Below, piece by piece: positions 13,909-25,879 of a stretch of DNA of 64,000 nt. This stretch comes from Thalia democratica. Taxonomy: Eukaryota. The DNA is taken from positions 620,001-684,000 of the forward strand of contig OZ241834.1 of assembly GCA_965202585.1 (NCBI GenBank), read 5' to 3'. The position numbers and the translations under genes are program-made. How positions within the stretch are numbered: position 1 is the stretch's first letter; every line of letters starts with the position of its first letter. The notes beneath the pieces were generated by a model. The model was not told the origin of the DNA. It worked only from the letters and a program-made list of their open reading frames with translations, and searched no databases.

Positions 13909-16796
13909 AAAAAATAAACATTTACTGGTGGTAGTTTCGATATACGTGAAACGTAAATTAAAAATATATTGTTTTGTGAAATTAAATTAAGCAAAAGAAA
14001 AAGATTAAAAAAACAACAATAAAATTTTCATGCTTCACTGAAACAACTAGTTGCTTTTATTAAAGACAGCAATTGCTCATAAGAATATCAAAGAAACAGA
14101 TTGTCAAAATGCAGTACACGTAACAATAGTTTCTAAATCTTCGATCAATTTAAATGTCAAATCATCTGCTTCTAAAAGTTCTATTGAAAAAGTTTAAAAA
14201 CGAAAGCGTCTAGCTTTGTTGCTTGAACTTTTATTTTTCCTAAAGCTTCTTATAAGTACTTGCTACACGATTTAATTTCTCCGTATCATAACTACAATTT
14301 TTTGTTTTCTGTTTACGGCTATTTACAATACAGTTTAGCAAAGGTAACAAACTAGTGATTTGATGAAACATTTAAAGTGCACATCCTCATTTTTGATTTT
14401 ATTTTACAGTTAGAAAGTGTAACGTTCGCCGTCAACTTTTCGTCACGAACTGAAAAGTTGTTGGAAAAACTCGCTGAAGCCATTTAGTCATCCCACAGAA
14501 CAGGTCAAAAGAATTTAAACAAATACTAAATCTATAAGGGATCAAAGAGCACGAAGGAATTAATTAGTTTGTTTTAACTATTTTTTCTATTGATTAAACT
14601 TGTTTTCATTTATTAGAATGTTTTGAATTGTTGAAAAATCTATCTAGTAAGTAGTATTTGTAATACTTTACACTTTATAGATTAACAGAAATGTGTTTTT
14701 CTAAAACTGAGCACATTTGTGCTTTTCTGTAAATATGTTGTTCATTTACAAGTATGTCAATAAAAAAGTCTAGTTTTGAAAAAACATAACATGACTTTGA
14801 TAGACTATGACTTCTTACTTTATCAAAAAAATTAAAAAATTACAAAGAAACAAAATTATTCAAAAGTTTATCTAAAGGTACGTCACCTTATATATTAGTA
14901 TCATATCATTTAAACTATGAAAAAATTACTACAAGGATTGAATGGAAAAAGAAAGTTATCTGTTAGACGTAGCTTGGTACGTTTCTGAAAATCTGCAGAA
15001 AAGTATACCTATGCGCGAAAAAATGCTTTTATTTGCTCTCATAGCTGTCCTAGAAATAATTTTGATATAACGTACGTACTTTCTAGCATTTCTAGTGTCT
15101 TATAAATTACACGAGTTAAATACATCCAAATTGTAACATTTAGCGCGTTAATGCTTTAGTATCTTTAGCCTCTATATTAATATTAATATTTTTAAGTAAA
15201 ATTGTAATTTTCCTTTTCCTATACCTATTTTCAATTAAGATGAAAGTTTTATTAGGTTCACAAGTGGCAATACATAAAGAGTCATAGGGGGTGTGTGGAG
15301 CAAAATAAATTGCTTTGTATTCAATTATCACCAATACTCCAACATTCCGTTTAAAAAATAAACATTTACTGGTGGTAGTTTCGATATACGTGAAACGTAA
15401 ATTAAAAATATATTGTTTTGTGAAATTAAATTAAGCAAAAGAAAAAGATTAAAAAAACAACAATAAAATTTTCATGCTTCACTGAAACAACTAGTTGCTT
15501 TTATTAAAGACAGCAATTGCTCATAAGAATATCAAAGAAACAGATTGTCAAAATGCAGTACACGTAACAATAGTTTCTAAATCTTCGATCAATTTAAATG
15601 TCAAATCATCTGCTTCTAAAAGTTCTATTGAAAAAGTTTAAAAACGAAAGCGTCTAGCTTTGTTGCTTGAACTTTTATTTTTCCTAAAGCTTCTTATAAG
15701 TACTTGCTACACGATTTAATTTCTCCGTATCATAACTACAATTTTTTGTTTTCTGTTTACGGCTATTTACAATACAGTTTAGCAAAGGTAACAAACTAGT
15801 GATTTGATGAAACATTTAAAGTGCACATCCTCATTTTTGATTTTATTTTACAGTTAGAAAGTGTAACGTTCGCCGTCAACTTTTCGTCACGAACTGAAAA
15901 GTTGTTGGAAAAACTCGCTGAAGCCATTTAGTCATCCCACAGAACAGGTCAAAAGAATTTAAACAAATACTAAATCTATAAGGGATCAAAGAGCACGAAG
16001 GAATTAATTAGTTTGTTTTAACTATTTTTTCTATTGATTAAACTTGTTTTCATTTATTAGAATGTTTTGAATTGTTGAAAAATCTATCTAGTAAGTAGTA
16101 TTTGTAATACTTTACACTTTATAGATTAACAGAAATGTGTTTTTCTAAAACTGAGCACATTTGTGCTTTTCTGTAAATATGTTGTTCATTTACAAGTATG
16201 TCAATAAAAAAGTCTAGTTTTGAAAAAACATAACATGACTTTGATAGACTATGACTTCTTACTTTATCAAAAAAATTAAAAAATTACAAAGAAACAAAAT
16301 TATTCAAAAGTTTATCTAAAGGTACGTCACCTTATATATTAGTATCATATCATTTAAACTATGAAAAAATTACTACAAGGATTGAATGGAAAAAGAAAGT
16401 TATCTGTTAGACGTAGCTTGGTACGTTTCTGAAAATCTGCAGAAAAGTATACCTATGCGCGAAAAAATGCTTTTATTTGCTCTCATAGCTGTCCTAGAAA
16501 TAATTTTGATATAACGTACGTACTTTCTAGCATTTCTAGTGTCTTATAAATTACACGAGTTAAATACATCCAAATTGTAACATTTAGCGCGTTAATGCTT
16601 TAGTATCTTTAGCCTCTATATTAATATTAATATTTTTAAGTAAAATTGTAATTTTCCTTTTCCTATACCTATTTTCAATTAAGATGAAAGTTTTATTAGG
16701 TTCACAAGTGGCAATACATAAAGAGTCATAGGGGGTGTGTGGAGCAAAATAAATTGCTTTGTATTCAATTATCACCAATACTCCAACATTCCGTTT
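13909..16796 (+). repeat. Tandem duplication of a 1444-bp unit (13909-15352, 15353-16796), apparently identical
   Basis: Both units start AAAAAATAAACATTTACTGGTGG and end CCAACATTCCGTTT. Identical ORFs at 15140 and 16584 are 1444 bp apart. No differences were noticed in the segments compared. Confidence 0.95.
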
Positions 16797-16983
16797 TTAA
16801 AGTATTAATAAATTATTTTCATATTAAACTCAATAACATGAGAGGTAGTTTAAATTGTTGTGTTCCCACTAAGACGTTATCACGCGTCATTTCAGGTGTT
16901 TTAATATTTGTAGATTCGTAACTTTTTTGAGCTAGCTACGTCCCTGTCTGTTAGTATTCATTAGCTATACAATAACTTAAACA

Positions 16984-17295
16984 CAGTGGTCGGCAAAGTG
17001 CGGCCCTAAAATTCAAAGTATGCGGCTTGCGGGGTACATTAAATCTATAAAAATTACTTTTTTCGAACAAAAGTATAACAAAATTAAGGTAAAAACTTAC
17101 AATCGTGCTCTAACTTTAGTAGTTCCACATTAAAAGTGATCTTTTGTAGCTTATATGATAATATTTTAGCTTAATATAGTATTTTAGTATTGTTTATTAC
17201 ATTTACTTTATAAAAACTGAGAGCTGCGATATTTTTTTACATAGTGCGGATAGCGAGTAAACCTTTTGAAGCAAAATAGCCTCTGACAACCCCTG
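16984..17295. mobile_element. hAT-type MITE (~310 bp)
   Basis: Ends CAGTGGTCGGCAAAGTGCGGCCC ... CTGACAACCCCTG; 8-bp flanks CTTAAACA / CTTTAAAA (6/8). Confidence 0.7.
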
Positions 17296-18372
17296 CTTTA
17301 AAATTAACTTTAATTTAATAGAATTTACATTAAACTTACAACTTCGTCAGCAGAAAACCAACAGGAAAAAAATTAAGTAACTTAAAACTTTAGTCTTTCT
17401 CACACTCTAAGAACGCTGTTAATAAATATACGATGATCAGATTAAACTTGTAATTTTTATATTATAACTAACAAAATGTTTTTTTTATTGTAAGTTTTTC
17501 AAATAGTAACTGAAATATTGTTCAACATCTCTTTTTTTTTGGTTAAAAATTATAAATTTAAGCAGCATGTTATGGTAGTTAGACTAAAATTGTAACTATA
17601 TATTATTTAAGGTAGGTGAAAGCGTTTTTAATACGTTTGTAATCTTTTAATTTTATCAGATAGTATTTTAAGTTATTATAAGAATCATTTTATTTTCACA
17701 TTAGACATGATATTTAACAATTAACAATTTTTTTTTTAACTTACAAAATAAGTATCATTAAAACTGCATTATAAAATATTTTTTTTGCCAGCCATATCTG
17801 TATTTGACTATATTTTTAAAAAAATAATAGATTTTTAAATTATATAATGGAAATTATATAATGGCATGTACTATTTACCAGCCAAAATAAATAAACTCAG
17901 ACTAAGCTCTAAAAGATTATCTTAATCGTATCATTATTCTACATTGTAAAAATAAAAAAGCTCGATTACCACAGTAGTGTAAATATATCAAAGTTTAGTT
18001 TAACATAAGTTAAGGAAATAACATAGTTTTTATTTTTATTGTAAGTTTATTGTGCATGTGATGGACCTAGACATCAAAACCTAACCAACTTAAACAGAAA
18101 GACACAAAACGAAATAAAAAAAAAAGTTTATAAAAAACAAAGTAGGAAGCATAATTTTCTATATGGATATAAAATTTATATATTAACATAAAAAGCAAAA
18201 TTTTAAACTAAAAATTTATACTTATTACTACTCATTGATTCTGAACGATCAACATGAAATAATTAAATGCATTATTTTCGAATGTAAATTATTTATTATA
18301 ATGTTGTCCTATTGCTTACCATTTCTTACTATCCTCATAGCTTAGTTGATCGGACCTGTTCTTGTCTGGATT

Positions 18373-19236
18373 CTAGGGTTTTCCCAAACCTGATGCTTCC
18401 TCCGACGTATTTTCAGTAGTTTCCTGCGTTCCACTGAATCCGTAGTTTAGAGTACCATGATTTATGATTGTCGAAGGTGGCATTTGGTAACTTCCATGAA
18501 CTGCATAACTTTTTTTCGTTTGCAATTCATCAAATCTTATCTGCAAGTCTTTGATATCCTCAAAGTTTTGTTTGGTATCTAGAATTTGATGCCAGTTTTC
18601 CGATGATTTAAGATCTTGAAGCTGTTTCTCCTTCTCGTAGCTTTCCTCTCTCGTATCTTGAACCTGTTTCAGAATTTTCTGCATCTCGGAGTTTGCGCGG
18701 CTTTGAAATGAAACGAACCGGTTCTTTAGAGATCTGATTTCTCGCGCGTATCGTTCATTGGCGTGGCTCAGCTCATTTGCGAGCGACTTTAACGTGCTCT
18801 CTATAACCGCGTGGTTGCTCTTCACATTTTCGACATCGCGTATCAACATACTAACTTCATTCAGAAGCCTGGATATTTCAGGCTGCGCAGGTGCATCACG
18901 CTGGGATCGAACTGGTAGATTGGTAAGTGCGCTAGCTTCAGCGTTTCTGTGCAGGGGTTGTCTATTGGCAATTTCTGACGAAACAGCTGGTTGAAGAGGG
19001 AGATCTTTTTGCAGCCTGGCTGTTTTTCTCTCAGAAGATTGTGCTGTATACAATGGGATAAGAACAGTTTTGAAAAATTGAGCCGTCTTGGTTGGTATGG
19101 TACGAATATCGTTCTGAGTCCCGACGAAAACATTTAGTTTAGTTTCGGTGTTGATAGTTTGACCCTCAGTAATCTTTGGTACGTCACTTTTAGGTATGGC
19201 TTCGAACACTGAAGCTTCAGGAGTTGTTGGCATCAT
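18373..19236 (-). CDS. Orphan 287-aa protein with a central predicted coiled coil (approx. residues 120-240)
   Basis: Longest ORF in the window; ~42-47% GC in sampled lines vs ~15-25% in the flanks. Heptad-like segment ISRLLNEVSMLIRDVENVKSNHAVIESTLKSLANELSHANERYAREIRSLKN. A ~91% identical paralog lies in the other arm. No family recognised. Confidence 0.65.
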   Translation of the reverse strand: MMPTTPEASVFEAIPKSDVPKITEGQTINTETKLNVFVGTQNDIRTIPTKTAQFFKTVLIPLYTAQSSERKTARLQKDLPLQPAVSSEIANRQPLHRNAEASALTNLPVRSQRDAPAQPEISRLLNEVSMLIRDVENVKSNHAVIESTLKSLANELSHANERYAREIRSLKNRFVSFQSRANSEMQKILKQVQDTREESYEKEKQLQDLKSSENWHQILDTKQNFEDIKDLQIRFDELQTKKSYAVHGSYQMPPSTIINHGTLNYGFSGTQETTENTSEEASGLGKP

Positions 19237-19255
19237 ATCAAAAATTTATAAAATT

Positions 19256-19270
19256 CTGTAATACAATATT
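19256..19270 (-). promoter_or_regulatory. Putative 3' splice acceptor 19 nt upstream of the ATG, conserved in both copies (second copy 22150-22159, +)
   Basis: TATTACAG|AATTTTATAAATTTTTGATATG in copy 1 and AACTTACAG|AATTTTATAAATTTTTGATATG in copy 2. An in-frame TAA between the AG and the ATG makes these 19 nt 5' UTR. Confidence 0.45.
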
Positions 19271-20246
19271 AGTTAAATAATTCTATCATTTGCTTAAAAA
19301 AAAATTAAATAGAAAATATATATATTCTGTTAACATATACATGTGGCATTTTAAAAAGTAAAAACATTATGATTAATAGTTTATTTTATTTCACCAATTT
19401 AAATATTTTTCTAAAATTACAAAAAAATTACAAAATTAAGTAACTATACTTTTTTTAACAATGCATTTTTATTTTTGTGGATATTATAAGCAAAATTTAG
19501 TATTCTCTAAGTTTCCAAATAATTTGGAAAATTTTCTCCGGGATTTTAAATTACACGTTTTAGGATCTATTTTTAGTTAAAATATAAGTTGAAGTTAAAT
19601 AACTGTGTTAAACAGTATAAAAACATTCAAAGGATATATTAAAGCTTCTTTAAATTTGTTTTTTGTAACAAAATTTGATGATGACGATACTTTTTATTCA
19701 AACAAATTTAGAGTCAAGTTAAGTTTACACTACTGCTATGTAAAACTAATTTAAAACTTTATGTTTTTTTGTAGTTATTTATCAAATTTCCAGGTTTTTT
19801 AGTGAATATTGTTTAAAATTTCAAGTTTTATTTTTATTTCTTAAATTCCAGGTTTTTAACGGTAATTTTAGTTAAAATTGTCAAATCCCAGGTTTTTCCA
19901 GAGTTACATTTTTTTATGGCAACATTGTATTTTCTTTCTTTTGTAAAATAATAAAATCTTGTAAATTGCTTTATAGTTGACCAACATTTCATAGCATTAT
20001 GTTTAGTTGGTTTCAGTAGCAATTTAAAAAGTTTGCATATTAAAAGCATTTGTTTTTTAATCGCATTGATCTTTTAATTAAAATAGTAAATAAAATAAAC
20101 TAATTAAAACATGTAAGTAGAATTTACATATATTAGTAAATTATTTAGATTTTTCCTACATAAAAACAAAAATTAGAAAAGTTTATAGACCTTAGTGATT
20201 ACTGTAAAGAAGCTTACACTGTCAAAATTACTGAAATAATTTAGAA

Positions 20247-20614
20247 CAGGCTTTCAAAAAGTGAGCCATATGGTTCTCTCGTTAGCTAGTACAGAAATTT
20301 ACGGGGCCATAAGTAGCAAAGGGGCACGAGTAGTTAAGGGGACATGAGGACATAATTTGGAACTTACAGTAGATACTCTGGAGTTGGTGGTGAAGATCAA
20401 CAATAATGATAGTTGGTAAAGATCTTACGCGTATTAAAGGGTTGCTTTGAAACTTATACTAGATATTAGTGGAAAAATAAATAGGTTTATGGGGCCATGA
20501 TGCCACAATTTTTACACAAGATATTTTTGAGTTGGTGATGAAGATCATAAAAAAAAGTTAAATTCAAGGTAGTCTTTTGATAATCTTGTCAGATAGTTTT
20601 TTTTGAAAAGCCAG
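20247..20614. mobile_element. hAT-type MITE, same family as 13484-13833 in opposite orientation, near the palindrome centre
   Basis: Ends CAGGCTTTCAAAAA / TTTTTGAAAAGCCAG; flanks ATTTAGAA / GTTTAAAA (6/8). Internal GGGCCATAAGTAGCAAAGGGG and GATATTTTTGAGTTGGTGATGAAG match the reverse complement of 13600-13790. Confidence 0.65.
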
Positions 20615-22178
20615 GTTTAAAACCATTTTTGATACTAATTTGTTTTTTGCATTATTTAATATTATTAGTTAGTATCTAACCATAAACTGGCTAAGTTCAA
20701 CTTAAAAATGACTTTTATAACATCTTAAATTAAATAAGCTTTTTGGTTTTTTATTAAATTTTTGATTCTTAATTAGTTGTCTAGTTTGTTATGTAAGTAA
20801 CCTATTGTAAGTAAAAAATATTTTTAGTCGGTTTATTTAAAGTTTCATGGTTCATATCTCAAAACGAAGCTTATAAAAACTAATCTAATTTTAAATACTA
20901 TTATTTTTGTTTGAGTAAAAGTTTATTGTTTGCGGACACCTTTTGTAATAAAAGATATAATTTATTGTACTATTCTCAAAAAGAACAAAATCAAAAATTT
21001 TTAGAACACTTTTAAAAGTAAAAATGTATTAAATAAAACTTCTTATTTCTAGTTATTCGTTTCTACAAATAGTGTAAGATTTGTTAGCTAAATGCTTTGA
21101 AAATATTCTTCAATTTTCAAAACATTACTTAGACAATTTCAAACTAAGAGAAATTTTCTACACATTGTTTCATGTGTAATGCAATGAGCACGATCTAAAA
21201 TATATATAAAACAAAAACGACGAAGCTATTTATACTATTGTTAAGTGCTAACAATTAGTACTAATTAGATTCTTATTTAAAACTGATTAAATCAATCAAG
21301 TCTGTTAAGTTAAAAAAATTCCAAAGTGCTTAATTACTAATTAAATAGTTATTGTATATCTACCATCCAAATTATTATGAGGGTTAGATGAAAGTTATAT
21401 ATAAAAAAATTAGTAGATATGGTATACATTAAAATAAACACAGAAAATACAATAAAAATCAATTTTTAAAGGAAGTTAAATTTTAAAAGTTTTTATCCAC
21501 CTCAAAGAGTCTTGTTGCAATGTGACAGTGTTTTCCTAAATACTTGATTTAAATGATAGTTATATATCTTAATTTATTGTAGTAATTAGTTAAATCAAAT
21601 ACTCAATCCACTTAATACACTATCATCTGATGTTAACAACAATTGAAGTAAATAATGAAAGCCCAGTTATTAAAAATATACACTTTTAATGTATATACAC
21701 ATTTTAATTTGTACATAAAAATGAATTTTTTTAATCAAAATTGAAAAAAATAATTGTATTTTAAAGAAAGAATTAAACTAAATGTATATAGGTTTCAAAA
21801 CATAGAAACTACTATATTTAAACAACTGTGTTCTTGTTGCTAACGTGATGTTGGCATTTCCTAATAGTTAGGTGTATAAACAAAATATCGACAAAAATTA
21901 AAATGCATTAAAACTTTTAAATATACTTATTGTTAACATCATTGTTGAAAAAGGTGAAGTTACTTAACTTTATAATTTTGTGGTAATTTTAATTTTTATA
22001 AAAAGTGTTTTAACTAGTGAAGTAAAATAGAAAAATATCCTAATGCATTACTTTACAAAATGCCACACATTAATGTTAACAGTATAATTTTTTTTTCTTT
22101 TTTATTGTTTATTAAAGAAAATGATAGAGTTATTTAACTAATACTGTATTAACTTACAGAATTTTATAAATTTTTGAT

Positions 22179-23067
22179 ATGATGCCAACAACTCCTGAAG
22201 CTTCAGTGTTCGAAGCCATACCTAAAAGGTGACGTACCAAAGAATACTGAGGGTCAAACTATCAACACTCCAACTAAACAAAATGTTTTCGTCGGGACTC
22301 GGAACGATATTCGTAGCATACCAACCAAGACGGCTCAATTTTTCAAATCTGTTCTTATCCCATTGTATACAGCACAATCTTCTGAGAGGAACACAGCCAG
22401 GCTGCAAAAAGATCTCCCTCTACAACAAGCTGTTTCGTCAGAAATCGCCAATAGAAAACTCCTGCAGAGAAACGCTGAAGCTAGCGCACTTACCAATCTA
22501 CCAGTTCGATACAAGCGTGATGTACCTGCGCAGTCTGAAATATCCAGACTACGGAATGAAGTTAGTATGTTGATACGCGAGGTCGAAAATGTGAAGAGCA
22601 ACCACGCGGTTATAGAGAGCACGTTAAAGTCGCTCGCAAATGAGCTGAGCCACGCCAATGAACGATACGCGCGAGAAATCAGATCTCTAAAGAACCGGTT
22701 CGCTTCATTTCAAAGCCGCGCAAACTCCGAGATGCAGAAAATTCTGAAACAGGTTCAAGATACGAGAGAGGAAAGCTACGAGAAGGAGAAACAGCTTCAA
22801 GATCTTAAATCATCGGAAAACTGGCATCAAATTATAGATACCAAACAAAACTGTCAGGACATCAAGGACTTGCAGATAAGATTTGATGAATTGCAAATGA
22901 ATAAAAGTTCTGCAGTTCATGGAAGTTACCAAATGCCACCTTCGACAATCATAAATCATGGTACTCTAAACTACGGATTCAGTGGAACGCAGGAAACTAC
23001 TGAAAAGACGTCGGAGGAAGTAGCCTATGAGGATATTGTGTGGGAGAAAAGAAGTAGTGGAAAATAG
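22179..23067 (+). pseudogene. Inverted paralog of the 18373-19236 gene with a +1 frameshift at ~22227
   Basis: Starts ATGATGCCAACAACTCCTGAAGCT like copy 1, but has CCTAAAAGGTGAC vs CCTAAAAGTGAC (one extra G). The downstream frame (ORF 22363-23067) has 20 aa differences in ~221 and a different C-terminus. Confidence 0.75.
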
Positions 23068-25208
23068 ATTAAAAATATGACAGTTAGTTATTATTTGTTG
23101 GTTAAGAATGCTTTAAATTATTTTTTGTTGATCGTTTTACATTAATGAGTAATTAAAAGTATAATTTTGTGGTTGAAAATTTTGCTTTTTCTGTTAATAT
23201 ATAAATTATATATACATTATATAAAAGTATGCTTTCTTCTTTGTTTTATATGAACTTTTTGTGTTACTTTTATGTTTTTCTTTATACTTTATTTGTTTAT
23301 GTGTCTTTCTGTTATAGTGGGCCATATTTTGATAAGTCCATTTTATGAATAATAAGCTTTTAATAGTAATAAAAACTATGTTATTTCCTTAATTTATGTT
23401 AAACTAAATTTTGATATATTCAAACTGTTGTGAAAATCGAGCATTTGTATTTTTACAAAGTAATATGTTGATACAATCAAGATGCTCATTTATTGCTTAG
23501 TCTGAGTTTATCTATTTTGGCTACTAAAAAGTACATATCATGTTATAACTTCTATTATATGTTTAATAATTCTATTATTTTATAAGCAATATTGAAATAC
23601 AGATATGATTGGCAAAACACATTAAAAAGTCGTACAAATACAAACTAAACTTTATAATGCGGTTTTAATGATACTTATTTTGTTAGGTCTAAAAAAATGC
23701 TAATTGTCATATATTATGTCCAATGCGGAAACAAAATAATTCTTAAGCTGAATAATAATTTTAAGTACTAACTGATAAAATAAATATATTTAAAACAAAA
23801 TAATCGAAGATTTTCTTTACATTTATGTAAGTGGTTTATATTATTATTTCGTTATTCATTGTGTATTTTAGTTTATTTTACTTAAATTAGACTTAATAGT
23901 TACAAATATTATATTATTTTATAACAGTCGGATATTTTATTACGTATTTTACATATTATTAACTATAAAGTTCTGTAAAACTATTTTATTTTAATGAACC
24001 CATTTTTACACCTACTTAAATTCTATTCTTTCATTACAGTATTATTTTTACAGAACCCAGTTGAAGTGTGTTAATCCGCTAACAAACAAACATATTTTGG
24101 TACAATAAATGGAAGATTACCGTATAATTTGTTTTTATGATTTAAATAGTATTAACACCAGTAAAATACAGTGATTATCGATTAAAATTTCAATATAATG
24201 ATGTTTTGAAATAGATTTTATATACGTATTTTAAAGTATTAGTATCACTAAGAATAGTTTTTCTTCCCTACGCCTTCCCCCTATAGATTAAAAAATGTTA
24301 AATATAATTTTTGTAAATGTATAATCTTTTATAGTCAATACATAAATTTATATATGGAAATTTATTATGATTTGTTTTTTGTACAAACTAAGTTATATTT
24401 GATCACACAGAACTATTTGCATGCAGTTTTTCTTTACTATGTTTAGTTTTTTAATTTACATTGAATGTAATTTGGTTGTTTATTTTTTTTTTGTGTATTA
24501 TTCAAGCGGCTCAGGTTTTAATTTCCAAGTTGAATTTAACTTGCAATTGAATTAAACTATCATTATATTGATTTTAGTTTATTTGTATTGAAACTAGTGA
24601 GCCTGAAAAAAACGACTCATGATAGCTTTTATACGGGAAAGTACGTAATATAAACATATTGAGAAGAATTTCCAGCACAAGTTCAACTGGTCATTATAAA
24701 CGTCCTTATGACCAACATCATTATTTTGACACTTTTAAAATGAGAAAGACTTTATTCTTAAAACTGGTCTAATACCTCAAAATACTTTTTTTAAGTATTA
24801 ACTTGATCAATATACTTTTACAACATTAACTTCAAAAAAACTTGGTTATAGGAAAAAAAATGCAATGTATTAATAAAGTAAAAAATAATCTGTAATTACT
24901 TTACATGAATTATAAATGATGTTTAACTAAAACTTTTAAATATTAAATTATATCTTAGATAAACATTTCTAAAACTGTCAAGCAAATTATCTAAATGATA
25001 CAGTAGCTTTTCAAAATACTTTTTTTTAAGTGCATAATTTAAGCTGGTATTTTTTAAAATAAAATCTAGATTAAGAAAAATTAAGATACATCACTTTTAT
25101 AACTTCTTTACAACATATACTTAAAGTGCTACTAATTTTTTTTTTCTGGTAACTAAATATTAAAATTTTTAATGTAAAATTTTGGTCATACCATTTGGAC
25201 GTTCAAAC

Positions 25209-25277
25209 CACAAGCTTTCGGTAGTTAGAACTTTAAATAAAAACAAAATCGGGGTCTCATTCTACCGAAAGCTTGTG
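25209..25277. repeat. Perfect 16-bp inverted repeat with a 37-bp spacer
   Basis: CACAAGCTTTCGGTAG (25209-25224) and CTACCGAAAGCTTGTG (25262-25277). Confidence 0.9.
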
Positions 25278-25879
25278 ACGATCTAACATGATCAACCCTT
25301 TTGTTAAACTTGATGTGTCTCACGGCTCGAAACTTGAAGTTGTCCTTCAGCTCTGTTCGACTTTTGTCGGTGTTTTTTAATAAAGTTTACAGATTTAGTA
25401 AAGTAAGACATTTAAGTAAACTTTTCCAAATCTATTTTAAACGTTATTTTTATGAATTTAAAACTGTTTAAGTTTAAACTGTTCGTTTATATATAAATAG
25501 GTTACAAGTTAGAGAAAAAAGTCTAAATGCTATAACGCTTTAAGCTAAATCAACGATTGATAATTAAATTATATCAGTTTAAATGTTTAATCTTGCCTTA
25601 AAGTTTCCTTAATTTATAGGTGTAATATTTGCACTAAAAAACACTTTAGATATTTATGGAAACAAAACAGGAAAACTGTTCCAACTTTATTTTGCATTAA
25701 TTTAAAACATTCATTCTGTAAAAAACATGACATGAATTTTTTAATATTAAACAACTAAATCTTACTGTAATACTAAATAAGTAGTTGAGAGCATAAACTA
25801 TCTTAGGATAATAAGGTAAGTAAGCATTTTATCTATTATATATCTTTTAATTTATTGTTTGATAGAAACAATTTTCCAA

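Larger units (their letters stand above)
17440..24130. repeat. Gene-containing palindrome: inverted arms ~17440-19480 and ~21890-24130 with a ~2.4-kb spacer
   Basis: Inverted collinear similarity both inside the ORFs and in the flanks, e.g. 17740-17790 CAAAATAAGTATCATTAAAACTGCATTATAAA vs 23650-23685, and 19340 CATGTGGCATTTT vs 22058-22070. Arm boundaries are approximate. Confidence 0.9.

Noticed and set aside
14960-16870. THAP-like fragments (KNAFICSH at ~15023 and ~16467; MRGSLNCCVP at 16838)
   Set aside because: Too short, in the wrong order for a THAP domain, and lacking the HF and other conserved residues.
18758-22658. ORFs 18758(+), 18861(-), 22222(-), 22229(+) and 22335(-)
   Set aside because: Antisense or alternate-frame shadows of the coiled-coil gene and its frameshifted copy.
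25305-25335. Hammerhead ribozyme (TGATG...CTCGAAAC)
   Set aside because: The CUGANGA core is not intact, stem II has a mismatch, and stems I and III were not found.
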